Made by a program: the position numbers and the translations under genes. Below, piece by piece: positions 1 through 8,474 of a DNA stretch of 64,000 bases. Below the pieces are notes generated by a model that had not been told where the DNA came from, searched no databases, and was given only the letters and a program-made list of their open reading frames with translations. The first letter of the stretch is position 1; every line of letters begins with the position of its first letter. The DNA is from Chloroflexia bacterium (GTDB lineage Bacteria > Chloroflexota > Chloroflexia > DTKN01), in NCBI GenBank assembly GCA_034436115.1, contig DAOTVY010000020.1:604-64603 (forward strand), read 5' to 3'.

Positions 1-17
1 CCCCCTTTGACGTCCAG

Positions 18-3000
18 GTGACCATCCCGACCGATGTCTGCCCTGGCGCAACGGACACGGTGGACATCCTGGTGCAGGCCCAGTCCTCGCCCTATACCGA
101 CACCGTCGTGGCGGAAACGCAGCTCTCCGCAAATACCAGCCCCACTTGGGAAGCTCGGGCCACCTCGCCCAACTCTTCGATGGATAACGTGGTCTACTAC
201 TGGGATGCCGGGGCCGGCCCGCGGGTCTACCGCATCGGCGGCTACGGCGCTGCCGGCACGGTCAACATCTATAACCCGGCCACCAACTCCTGGACCACCG
301 GCCCGACCGAGCCTTCCCCCGCCATCGCCTACACCGTGGACGGTTGCCTGGGGCAGAACGCCTCCGGCCAGGATGTGATCGCCATCTTTAACGACACCAC
401 CTCCGGGGCCACCACTTGGCACATCTACAACATCGACACGAACTCCTGGACGACGGCGGCGGTGCCCTCCGGCTTCCCCTCCAACGGCCTGTGGGCCACC
501 GATGTCGCTTCCGGTCTCCCCCACGGCGCGAACCTCTGCTACATCTCCGGCGGGGCCACCACCCCGGGCGGTGGAAACACCAGTGCCCTCTACCGCTACG
601 ACCCCGCGGCCCACACCGTCCAGAACCTGGGCAACTTTACCTTGCACCCGGCCGGCTTTGACTTCCACTCCTCCTGGTACATCCCGGCGGGCGTCCTCCC
701 CGGCCTTCCCAGCGGCGGGGTCTGTGTGGCCGGTGGGGTGGATTCGGCCAGCGTCGTCTTTGCTGACACCCAGTGCTACAACTTTGCCACCAACGCCTTC
801 AACGCCCCCAACGCCGACCTGGGGACGCTGCCCCTGGCCCACTGGGGCGGGGCCGACTTTGTCCTGGACCCGCCCGGCCCGGACTTTCAACTCTGGATCG
901 TGGCCGGGGTAGATTCCAGCTTTGCCCTCTGGCCGCACTCGATGTACTACAGCGTGCTGGACGGCCAGTGGCACTACGGCCCCGATCCCGTCGCCGGGGT
1001 CTACCGTGTCGAGGGCGATGCCTATGGGATGGATGCTTACGTCATCAACGGCTCCACGGGCGGGTTCTCCTATAGCAACCTGAACCAGCACCTCGAGCAG
1101 CCGTGTCCCTTCAACATGGGTGTCATCAACGGCTACGTGATGGATGCCCAGGAGGGCTGTGCTGCGGCCACCTGCACGCCGGCCGTGGTGCACCTGGAGC
1201 CGAGCGGCATCAACATCCCGGTGGGTGCGACCGGCTACTACACCGCCAGCGTGCCGGCCTGCACCTATGAGGCCACCGCATCGGCCCCCGGCTACGAGCC
1301 ACAGGGCCCCGTGTCGGTTCCGGTGACTCCGGGAGCTCCGGTACAGCAGGACTTTTGCCTGGCACGGCCGGATATCGAGGTCAACCCAACCGCCTTCGAG
1401 GTCTACTCTGCCGACCTCAACCCAATCACCCTGCCGCTGGAGATCACCAACGCCGGCAGCGGAGAGCTGACCTGGGAGATTCGGGAGATCCCGCCGGCCG
1501 TGGGGAAAGAGACCGACCTGATCTTCCGCCCGGCTTACTTTGGCGTGGATTCGTATATCGAGGAAGAGTTTGCTGCCTCGACCGACGGCAAGGCGGATGT
1601 CTTCCTGGCCTTCGCCGGCGAGGTGGACCTCAGCCCGGCTACCCGTATCAAGGACTGGGAGGCCCGCGGCCGCTGGGTGGTGGATACCCTGCAGGCCCTG
1701 GCCGACCGCTCCCAGGCAAATGTCCGCCGCTGGCTGGATAGCCAGGGGGTCGAGTACACCGTCAACCTGAACAACACCATCTTTGCCCGCCTGACCCGCG
1801 CGCAGCTCGAAGCGGCCCTGAAGTTCCCCGAGGTGGTTGGCGCCTTCGGCAACCGCACCTACACGATCGATCCGATCGTGGACCCGAATGCGCCGGTGCC
1901 CGAGGCCACGGTGGACTGGGGGCTGATTCAGGTTCACGCATCGGAGACCTGGGCCGACTTTGGCGCCCGCGGCCAGGGCATCGTGGTGGCCAACATCGAC
2001 ACCGGGGTGCAGTGGAACCACCCCGCCCTGGACCAGGCCTACAAGTGCCCCTCGAACCCCACCGATCCTTCCTGCTGGCTGGATCCCTCCAACGTCTGCG
2101 GCGGCAGCGTCTGCGACAACAACGGCCACGGCACCCACACCATGGGAACGATGGTTGGGGATGACGACGATACCCTCCAGTACATCGTCGGCATGGCCCC
2201 GGATGCCCAGTTCATCATGTGCAAGGGCTGCGAGTCCAGCTCCTGCTCCTCCACTGCCCTGACGGCTTGCGCGAACTGGGTGCTCCAGCCGGGCGGCAAC
2301 CCAGCCAACCGGCCGAACGTCGTGAACAACTCCTGGGGCGGCGGCGGGTGCAATACCTGGTACCAGTCGTATGTCACCGCCTGGCGGGCGGCCGGCATCT
2401 TCCCGGCCTTCTCCAACGGGAACTCCGGCCCCTCGTGCAGCACGTCCGGTTCTCCGGGAGACTATCCGGAATCCTTCTCCTCCGGAGCGACCGATTCCAG
2501 CGACGCCATCGCTTCCTTCTCCAGCCGTGGTCCCTCCTGCTGGAGCGAGATCAAGCCGGATGTCTCTGCCCCGGGGGTGAACATCTGCTCCTCCGTACCC
2601 ACCAACTCCTGGAACTGCGGTTACAGCGGCACCTCTATGGCCAGCCCGCACACTGCCGGCCTGGTGGCGATGCTTTGGTCGTGCAACCCGAACCTGGTGG
2701 GTAACATCGCTGCAACCGAGTACATCATCACCAGCACGGCCTCCTGCATCCAGGACCTCACCTGCGGCGGCACGGCCTGCCCCGACGGGGCGAACAACGT
2801 CTACGGCTGGGGCCGCATCGACGCGTATGCTGCGGCGGCGGTGGGCTGCATGCAGGACATCCCCTGGGTGTGGGAGTCCCCGATCACCGGCACGACCCCG
2901 GCGGGCGAGACCTCGATCGTGGACGTGACTTTCCAGTGCCCGACCACGGACACCGTCGACTTTACCGGGACGCTGCGCATCCTGAACAACGATCCGTGCG

Positions 3001-4391
3001 GCAATCCGGTGGATATCCCGCTCACGTTGCACTGTGGTGCAGCGGTACCGGATATCGCCGTCGACCCGACGAGCCTGTCCGCGGAAATCTGCCCGGATAG
3101 CACCGCCGAGGCGACGCTCTCCATCTGCAACAACGGCAATGCGCCGCTCGACTGGAGCCTGAGCGAGGTGACGTCGACGGTTATCTTGGGCCCCTCGACG
3201 CCGTTCGTACCGGCAGGCAAGCCCACGACGGGTCCAGTGCCGAATCTGCCCGTCAGCCCACTCGGCGGGAGCGCGAACCGCGTCCTTCCGGCTAATCCAG
3301 CCCCTGAGGACGTGCTCGTGGATCAGCCGGTCGGCAGCAACACGGCCTACGCGAATCAGGACTTTGAGACCATCTACGACGCCTATGACATCTTTATCGC
3401 CGACGACTTTACCAACGCCGACCCCTGGATCATCACCACGATCTTCGTCCCGGGCAACACCTGGAACTACGGTGGGGACCTGACCTGCGCCAACACCCTG
3501 AACTGGCAGATCTACGCCGATGCGGGTGGCGTACCAGCAGGAGACCCCTGGAGCGGGGGTGCGCTATGGAACCTCTCCTTGCCTCCGACCGACCCGCAGG
3601 TAGTCCTGAGCACCGGAGTGGGCGGCTACCTCTCCAACGTCACCCTGAACCTGAATACCCCCATCGTTCTGACGCCGGGGACCTACTGGCTGGTCTTCTA
3701 CCCGCAGATGGACTTTGACACCTGCTTCCAGTACGGCCGCCACGCCTCGAACACGACCAACGGCTACGACGCGCAGGTGATCAACCCGGGCGGCGGGTTC
3801 GGCTTCCCGACCACCTGGACCTCGGTGCGCGACCCGTCCACGTGGGGCCTGACGCTGCAGGACTTTGCCTTCCGCCTGGAGGGCACGGTCTATGCAGTGG
3901 ACGTCCCGTGGCTGAGCGAGAACCCGACGAGCGGAACGGTTGCGCCGGGTGCGTGCACGGCCGTCACCGTCCTCTTTGATTCCACCGGCCTGGCTCCCGG
4001 CACCTACACCGCCGGCCTGCTCATCTCGAGCAACGACCCCGACGAGCCCGAGGTAACCGTGCCGGTGACGATGACCGTGGATGCCCCGGCGAGCGACGCC
4101 GACTTCTCCTGGTCGCCGGTTAGCCCGGTGGTCGGCGAAGAGGTCCTGTTCCAGGGTACTGCGAGCGGGAGTGAGCCGCTCTCCTACGAGTGGGCCTTCG
4201 GCGACGGGAACTTCGGCAGCGGCCAGAGCGTCACCCACACCTACGCCGAGCCTGGCTCCTACGACGTGGTGCTCACGGTCACCAACGCCTGCGGCATCAG
4301 CACCGCAACGCACACCGTGGTCGTCCAGCCGGCGGGGCCGACCTACTTCTATATCTACCTGCCAATCGTCTTCAAGGGCTACAACCCCTAA
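18..4391 (+). CDS. Secreted multidomain S8 (subtilisin-like) serine peptidase: N-terminal Kelch-like beta-propeller repeats, S8 catalytic domain, C-terminal PKD domain. Probably 5'-truncated by the window edge, since the frame stays open upstream of 18.
   Basis: Catalytic triad motifs DTGVQWNHPAL (Asp), HGTHTMGTM (His), GTSMASPHTAGLVAML (Ser). PKD-like segment SYEWAFGDGNFGSGQSVTHTYAEPGSYDVVLTVTNACG. No stop between positions 3 and 18 in frame. Confidence 0.8.
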   Translation: MTIPTDVCPGATDTVDILVQAQSSPYTDTVVAETQLSANTSPTWEARATSPNSSMDNVVYYWDAGAGPRVYRIGGYGAAGTVNIYNPATNSWTTGPTEPSPAIAYTVDGCLGQNASGQDVIAIFNDTTSGATTWHIYNIDTNSWTTAAVPSGFPSNGLWATDVASGLPHGANLCYISGGATTPGGGNTSALYRYDPAAHTVQNLGNFTLHPAGFDFHSSWYIPAGVLPGLPSGGVCVAGGVDSASVVFADTQCYNFATNAFNAPNADLGTLPLAHWGGADFVLDPPGPDFQLWIVAGVDSSFALWPHSMYYSVLDGQWHYGPDPVAGVYRVEGDAYGMDAYVINGSTGGFSYSNLNQHLEQPCPFNMGVINGYVMDAQEGCAAATCTPAVVHLEPSGINIPVGATGYYTASVPACTYEATASAPGYEPQGPVSVPVTPGAPVQQDFCLARPDIEVNPTAFEVYSADLNPITLPLEITNAGSGELTWEIREIPPAVGKETDLIFRPAYFGVDSYIEEEFAASTDGKADVFLAFAGEVDLSPATRIKDWEARGRWVVDTLQALADRSQANVRRWLDSQGVEYTVNLNNTIFARLTRAQLEAALKFPEVVGAFGNRTYTIDPIVDPNAPVPEATVDWGLIQVHASETWADFGARGQGIVVANIDTGVQWNHPALDQAYKCPSNPTDPSCWLDPSNVCGGSVCDNNGHGTHTMGTMVGDDDDTLQYIVGMAPDAQFIMCKGCESSSCSSTALTACANWVLQPGGNPANRPNVVNNSWGGGGCNTWYQSYVTAWRAAGIFPAFSNGNSGPSCSTSGSPGDYPESFSSGATDSSDAIASFSSRGPSCWSEIKPDVSAPGVNICSSVPTNSWNCGYSGTSMASPHTAGLVAMLWSCNPNLVGNIAATEYIITSTASCIQDLTCGGTACPDGANNVYGWGRIDAYAAAAVGCMQDIPWVWESPITGTTPAGETSIVDVTFQCPTTDTVDFTGTLRILNNDPCGNPVDIPLTLHCGAAVPDIAVDPTSLSAEICPDSTAEATLSICNNGNAPLDWSLSEVTSTVILGPSTPFVPAGKPTTGPVPNLPVSPLGGSANRVLPANPAPEDVLVDQPVGSNTAYANQDFETIYDAYDIFIADDFTNADPWIITTIFVPGNTWNYGGDLTCANTLNWQIYADAGGVPAGDPWSGGALWNLSLPPTDPQVVLSTGVGGYLSNVTLNLNTPIVLTPGTYWLVFYPQMDFDTCFQYGRHASNTTNGYDAQVINPGGGFGFPTTWTSVRDPSTWGLTLQDFAFRLEGTVYAVDVPWLSENPTSGTVAPGACTAVTVLFDSTGLAPGTYTAGLLISSNDPDEPEVTVPVTMTVDAPASDADFSWSPVSPVVGEEVLFQGTASGSEPLSYEWAFGDGNFGSGQSVTHTYAEPGSYDVVLTVTNACGISTATHTVVVQPAGPTYFYIYLPIVFKGYNP

Positions 4392-4444
4392 AGGCAGGTA
4401 CCGCCTGGGGGACGTCCAGCCCTCCAGGGTGTGTGGCCCGACAG

Positions 4445-4484
4445 GATGCCGGGGAGGTTTCTCCCCGGCATCCTTGTTGGTTTC
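4445..4484 (+). terminator. Rho-independent terminator after the S8 peptidase gene
   Basis: Perfect 12-bp stem GATGCCGGGGAG / CTCCCCGGCATC with loop GTTT, followed by the T-rich run CTTGTTGGTTTC. Confidence 0.7.
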
Positions 4485-4558
4485 ACCCGCGGAAGTGCCC
4501 TCTGCTCCGCTAGGCTGAGCGGCCTTGGTCCCGGGCACAGCGGCTCCGGAAGTGGTCG

Positions 4559-4668
4559 CATGGAAAGGCGCAGAGCGTTGCCCAGCCTCGAAAACTCCAG
4601 ATTTTCGTTTTCGTGTATAGTGCATAGTTTCCATGGAAAGGCACGGAGCGTTGCCCAGCCTCGAAAAC
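4559..4668. repeat. Two 37-bp direct repeats (35/37 identical; 4559-4595 and 4632-4668) with 73-bp period, in an AT-richer intergenic region upstream of the hypA promoter
   Basis: CATGGAAAGGCGCAGAGCGTTGCCCAGCCTCGAAAAC versus CATGGAAAGGCACGGAGCGTTGCCCAGCCTCGAAAAC. The 73-bp period is not a multiple of 3, which argues against coding. Confidence 0.7.
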
Positions 4669-4706
4669 GGAAGGTCAAGTTTGGCACGGACAAGAACTCC
4701 CCCGAG

Positions 4707-4735
4707 TTGCGTTTTCGCGGAGGTTCGGATATAAT
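4707..4735 (+). promoter_or_regulatory. Sigma70-like promoter for hypAB (TTGCGT-17-TATAAT)
   Basis: -35 TTGCGT at 4707-4712, 17-nt spacer, -10 TATAAT at 4730-4735, about 40 nt upstream of the hypA ATG. Confidence 0.5.
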
Positions 4736-4775
4736 CCTACGCTACTGAACGGCCCATGCGTCAGTAGGGACACGG

Positions 4776-5120
4776 ATGCACGAGCTAGCTGTCACCCAGC
4801 GGATCCTTGAAATCGCCCTGGAACACGCGCACCAGGCTGGCGCGCAGCGAATCGGGGCCATCCATCTGGTGGTCGGGGACCTCTCCTCCATCGTCGACGA
4901 TTCGGTCCAGTTCTACTTCGACTACCTGACGCCGGGCACCATCGCCGAGGGGGCTCGCTTGACGTTTCAGCGCATCCCGCCGCGATGTCGCTGTCGCGAA
5001 TGCGGCACCGAATTCGCTCCTGAGCCGGGCATCCTGTGGCAGTGCCCTGCGTGCGGAGCCTGGGGGGGCGAGGTGCTCCAGGGACGGGAGTTCTACATCG
5101 AAAGCATCGAGGTGGAATAG
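4776..5120 (+). CDS. hypA: Hydrogenase nickel-insertion protein HypA
   Basis: N-terminal MHE, C-terminal zinc-ribbon CxxC...CxxC (CRCRECG...CPACG); length 114 aa; immediately followed by hypB. Confidence 0.85.
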   Translation: MHELAVTQRILEIALEHAHQAGAQRIGAIHLVVGDLSSIVDDSVQFYFDYLTPGTIAEGARLTFQRIPPRCRCRECGTEFAPEPGILWQCPACGAWGGEVLQGREFYIESIEVE

Positions 5121-5121
5121 C

Positions 5122-5793
5122 GTGCGCACCATACCGGTGATCCAGGAGATTCTGAGCGCAAACGACGAGCTGGCGCAGGAGAACCGCGAGCGCCTGAACC
5201 GCGCGGGGGTGCTGGCCGTCAACCTGATGTCCGCGCCGGGAGCGGGGAAGACGAGCCTCATCCTGCGTACGGCGCAAGCCCTTCGGGGCCAGCTCCGGTT
5301 GGGCGTTGTGGAGGGCGACGTGGCCTCCCAGGTGGATGCGGATCGGGTGGCGGCTGCAGGGTTGCCCGTGGTGCAAATCAACACGGGCGGAGGATGCCAC
5401 CTGGATGCAAACATGCTCCGGGCGGCGCTGGGCCGGCTCCCCCTGGAGCAGATGGACCTCCTGATCGTGGAAAATGTGGGGAACCTGATCTGCCCGGCAT
5501 CCTTCCGCCTGGGGGAGCACCTTCGGGTCGTCCTCACCAGCCTGGCGGAGGGGGACGACAAACCCCAAAAGTATCCCGATCTTTTCCTGCAGGCTGACGC
5601 TATCGTGGTCAACAAACTCGACCTGGAAGCCTACCTGGATTTCGACCGCCAGCGCTTCCGCAAACTGGTACAGGCGATGAATCCCCACGCGGCACTCTTT
5701 GAGCTATCCTGCCGCAACGGGGAGGGGGTGGAAGCCTGGACGACATGGCTGTACCAGCAGCGGCAAGCCTTGCTGGCGCGGCTGAACCCTTGA
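5122..5793 (+). CDS. hypB: Hydrogenase nickel-incorporation GTPase HypB
   Basis: P-loop GAGKTSL, EGD and NKLD-like motifs; CobW/HypB/UreG GTPase family features; translationally coupled to hypA. Confidence 0.85.
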   Translation: MRTIPVIQEILSANDELAQENRERLNRAGVLAVNLMSAPGAGKTSLILRTAQALRGQLRLGVVEGDVASQVDADRVAAAGLPVVQINTGGGCHLDANMLRAALGRLPLEQMDLLIVENVGNLICPASFRLGEHLRVVLTSLAEGDDKPQKYPDLFLQADAIVVNKLDLEAYLDFDRQRFRKLVQAMNPHAALFELSCRNGEGVEAWTTWLYQQRQALLARLNP

Positions 5794-5860
5794 CACAGAA
5801 ACGGGGATCGGATGTGCCCGGAAGAGGGATCCTGAACATCGCCGAACGGAGGAAGAGGCC

Positions 5861-6214
5861 ATGCTGAGCACAGAGGAACTGACGAGGCTGCGGCAGGATC
5901 TCGAGGCGGAGCGAGAGAGGATCCGGGCCCACATCGATGAGCTCCTCGACATGCTGCGTCTGGAAGATCGCGAGATCGGCTCCGGCGAGGACGACGCGGA
6001 CATCGCCGCCCGCGCCATCTCCTATAACGGCCTCCTGGCCCTGATGGAAAGCGAGCAGCAGACGCTGGCAGAGATCGAAAATGCCCTTCAGGCGATGGAG
6101 GAGGGCACCTACGGCCGCTGCTTGTCGTGCGGCCGGGAGATCGAACCAGCCCGCCTGCAGGCGAGACCCTTCGCCCGCCTGTGCATTACCTGCCAGGAAC
6201 GCGAGACCGGCTGA
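5861..6214 (+). CDS. DksA/TraR-family C4 zinc-finger protein
   Basis: C-terminal CLSCGREI...CITC four-Cys zinc finger preceded by a coiled-coil; about 117 aa. Confidence 0.7.
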   Translation: MLSTEELTRLRQDLEAERERIRAHIDELLDMLRLEDREIGSGEDDADIAARAISYNGLLALMESEQQTLAEIENALQAMEEGTYGRCLSCGREIEPARLQARPFARLCITCQERETG

Positions 6215-6242
6215 ACACCCTGCGCTTCAGACCGGGCTATCC

Positions 6243-6473
6243 TCAAGGGAGGAGGGGATATACCCCTTCGTAATCCAGGTTGGCCGCGCGTAACGTAGCC
6301 TCTACCTGATCCCGGTCGCTCCAGGGGATGCGAAGCGCGGTGCCACAATCGGAACTCAGCTGGCGCGGGGTCGGGATCAGTTTGCAGACGATACCCGCGC
6401 CGCGCACCAGGCTCTCCGCCCGCAGGGCGTGGCTCACCGAAGGCACCAACACCACCCCGTACGATGGCTCCAA
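6243..6473 (-). CDS. DUF3343 (putative Se/S carrier-like) small protein
   Basis: 76-aa protein last in the yedE/yedF/selD operon; reading-based resemblance to the DUF3343 family that co-occurs with YedE/YedF. Confidence 0.55.
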   Translation of the reverse strand: MEPSYGVVLVPSVSHALRAESLVRGAGIVCKLIPTPRQLSSDCGTALRIPWSDRDQVEATLRAANLDYEGVYPLLP

Positions 6474-6494
6474 CGGTGATCGCCTCCCACGCTC

Positions 6495-7088
6495 TCACAA
6501 GGATACCAGCCGGCCGGCCGTAAGCAGGGTCTCGGCAATGCTATACATGTTCGATACCGTGCCCACGGCAACCTTTTCTTTCAGTTCGTAATACCCCAGA
6601 CAGGTCCCACAGGCCAGGATCCGGATACCCCGCCCGGCAAGCTCCTGCAAGTCCTCGAGGATCGGCGATCCCTCGACCACCAGCTTGACCCCGCTGTTGA
6701 GAAAAACGATCACGTCGGGGCGCGGTTCCACCTCTAGAAGGGTGTGGAAGAAGGAGCGGATCAGCACTGCTCCCAGTTCGGCGTGCTCACCTCGTCCCAT
6801 CGTTTCCGAGGGCACGAGCAACACCCGTGGGCCCACAGACTCCTCGGGAGCCACCTCACACGTCTCAGGCTGAACCTCGGACCGGCGCACGAGATGCACG
6901 TACACCCCTTCTTCCTTGCCGTCCAACCGCACAACCCATCCCGCCTTCTCCGCCATCCGACGGACGTTCTCTGCCGAATCCGGTCCGTCCACGATGACAA
7001 TCACCTCATCGGCCTTTTGCATCGCTTCCCTGGCCCGCAGAACGGGTTGAGGGCAAGGCAACCCCCGCGCATCGACGATGCGTGCCAT
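6495..7088 (-). CDS. yedF: Selenium metabolism protein YedF (TusA-like N-domain with CPxP motif plus DsrE-like C-domain)
   Basis: N-terminal GLPCPQPVL (TusA CPxP motif), C-terminal DsrE/DsrF-like domain, about 197 aa; directly downstream of selD. Confidence 0.75.
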   Translation of the reverse strand: MARIVDARGLPCPQPVLRAREAMQKADEVIVIVDGPDSAENVRRMAEKAGWVVRLDGKEEGVYVHLVRRSEVQPETCEVAPEESVGPRVLLVPSETMGRGEHAELGAVLIRSFFHTLLEVEPRPDVIVFLNSGVKLVVEGSPILEDLQELAGRGIRILACGTCLGYYELKEKVAVGTVSNMYSIAETLLTAGRLVSL

Positions 7089-7114
7089 CGAACGCCTCCT
7101 ACCTCTGGCCTACT

Positions 7115-8170
7115 TTACGGGACCACCTCAATCCCCGCTCCTGGAACGGCTTCTCCGATCACCCACCCCTCCTCCCCCAGGGCCCTCAGCTGGGCGAGGA
7201 GCGTGTCCGCGCGCTCCGGGGCGACGGCCAGGAGAAGCCCACCGGAGGTCTCCGGGGTAAAAAGAAGCATCCGCATCTCGTCGGGGATCGAGGGGGCAAA
7301 GCGCACACGGTCCGTGTACGCATCGCGATTGCGGCAGCTCCCGCCCGGGAACAGCGACTGCTCCGCATACTCCCTCGCTCCCGGCAGCAGAGGCAGCGCC
7401 TCGAGATGGAAACGGAGGGCGACTTGGCTCTGATCCGCCATCTCCAATCCGTGCCCCAGGAGGGAGAAGCCGGTAATGTCCGTGCAAGCGTGTACTTCCG
7501 CCGCCCGGGCCGCCCGCGCGGCTCCGCGGTTCAGGCGCGCCATCGAGCGCACAGCTGCGGCCACGTGCTCCGGCTCGGCAACTTCCCCCTTCAATGCCGT
7601 GGTGATCAGTCCCACCCCGAGCGGCTTGGTCAGTACCAAGCGATCTCCTGCGCGTGCCCCGCCCTTGGTCCAAATGCGCTCCGGATGCACCAGTCCCATC
7701 ACGGCGAGACCATATTTCGGTTCCGGGTCCTCGATCGTGTGGCCGCCCGCGAGCACCGCTCCGGCCTCCGCCACCTTGTCTGCGCCGCCCCGCAGGATCG
7801 CCTGAACGACCTCCAGTGGCAGGTCTCGTGGGAAGGCGCAGATGTTCAAAGCCAGCACGACCTCGCCCCCCATCGCATATACGTCGCTCATCGCGTTGGC
7901 TGCGGCAACGGCCCCAAAATCGTAGGGGTCGTCGACGATGGGCGTGAAGAAGTCGAGCGTCTGGATGACGGCAACTTCCTCAGTGACCTGGTAGACGGCA
8001 GCATCGTCCGTGCCCTCCAGACCAACCAGCAGCTGCGGGTATTCCTCCGCGTGAAAGCGCTCCCGGAGTGGGCGCAGCACCTGCGCCAGGGCCGCCGGGC
8101 CCATCTTGGCCGCTCAGCCAGCTGCCGAAGCCATGCTCGTGAGGCGAATGCGTTCCCGTTCTTCCTCCAT
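7115..8170 (-). CDS. selD: Selenide, water dikinase SelD, a selenoprotein (Sec encoded by TGA at 8114-8116; the ORF caller started at 8104)
   Basis: Extending the minus-strand frame upstream of 8104 gives MEEERERIRLTSMASAAG-U(TGA)-AAKMGPAALAQVL. This matches the SelD N-terminal motif (E. coli ...SHGAGCGCK...), with Sec at the Cys17 position and the Lys conserved. ATG at 8168-8170 is preceded by GAGGAG. Confidence 0.85.
8058..8113 (-). ncRNA. Candidate bacterial SECIS hairpin immediately 3' of the selD UGA
   Basis: mRNA after the UGA reads GCGGCCAAGAUGG GCCCGG CGGCCCU GGCGCAG GUG CUGCGCC CACU CCGGG. Two nested stems (GGCGCAG/CUGCGCC and CCCGG/CCGGG) begin about 11-13 nt downstream of the UGA. 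Confidence 0.45.
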
Positions 8171-8261
8171 CGCTGCTCCTCAGTCCTTGTGCATGGGGCG
8201 GGGGCACTCAAACCCCCGCCCCATTTTCGCACACGATGCGCGCCCAGGCAAGTTGGCCGCA

Positions 8262-8474
8262 TCATCGCGTCAGCCGAAGCCGATACGCGGACCCTTCGAA
8301 AATGACCTCCGCCTGCCACCCCTCCCGCTCCGCTACGCGCAGGCAGTTCTCGCGCGCGGTGTCGGTGTCCACCAGTACTTCCACCTGGCCGCTCCCGGCA
8401 CGCCTCAACGCCTGGCGCGTGAGCAGCGCCGGATGGGGGCAGGCAAGGCCCCGAGCATCTACGACCGTGGTCAT
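8262..8474 (-). CDS. TusA-like sulfur/selenium carrier protein
   Basis: 70 aa with GLACPHP (CPxP motif) near the N-terminus. Confidence 0.7.
   Translation of the reverse strand: MTTVVDARGLACPHPALLTRQALRRAGSGQVEVLVDTDTARENCLRVAEREGWQAEVIFEGSAYRLRLTR

Noticed and set aside
3564-4634. 356-aa minus-strand ORF overlapping the 3' end of the S8 peptidase gene
   Set aside because: Antisense to the peptidase's conserved PKD domain region; GC-skewed codon artefact.
4682-4712. Possible sigma54 promoter (TGGCACG at 4682-4688)
   Set aside because: No TTGC -12 element at the required spacing; a sigma70-like TTGCGT-17-TATAAT 20 bp downstream fits far better.
4431-4748. 105-aa ORF covering the hypA upstream repeats
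   Set aside because: The two 37-bp repeat copies fall in different reading frames (73-bp period). The region is AT-rich and contains a terminator and a promoter; this is non-coding.
8185-8212. Perfect 10-bp GC hairpin (GGGGCGGGGG-cactcaaa-CCCCCGCCCC) between tusA and selD, considered as a terminator or a SECIS
   Set aside because: It lies 5' of the selD start, so it cannot be the SECIS, and has no U-tract on the minus (transcribed) strand. It is more likely an intra-operon RNA stability or processing element. Kept only as a note.
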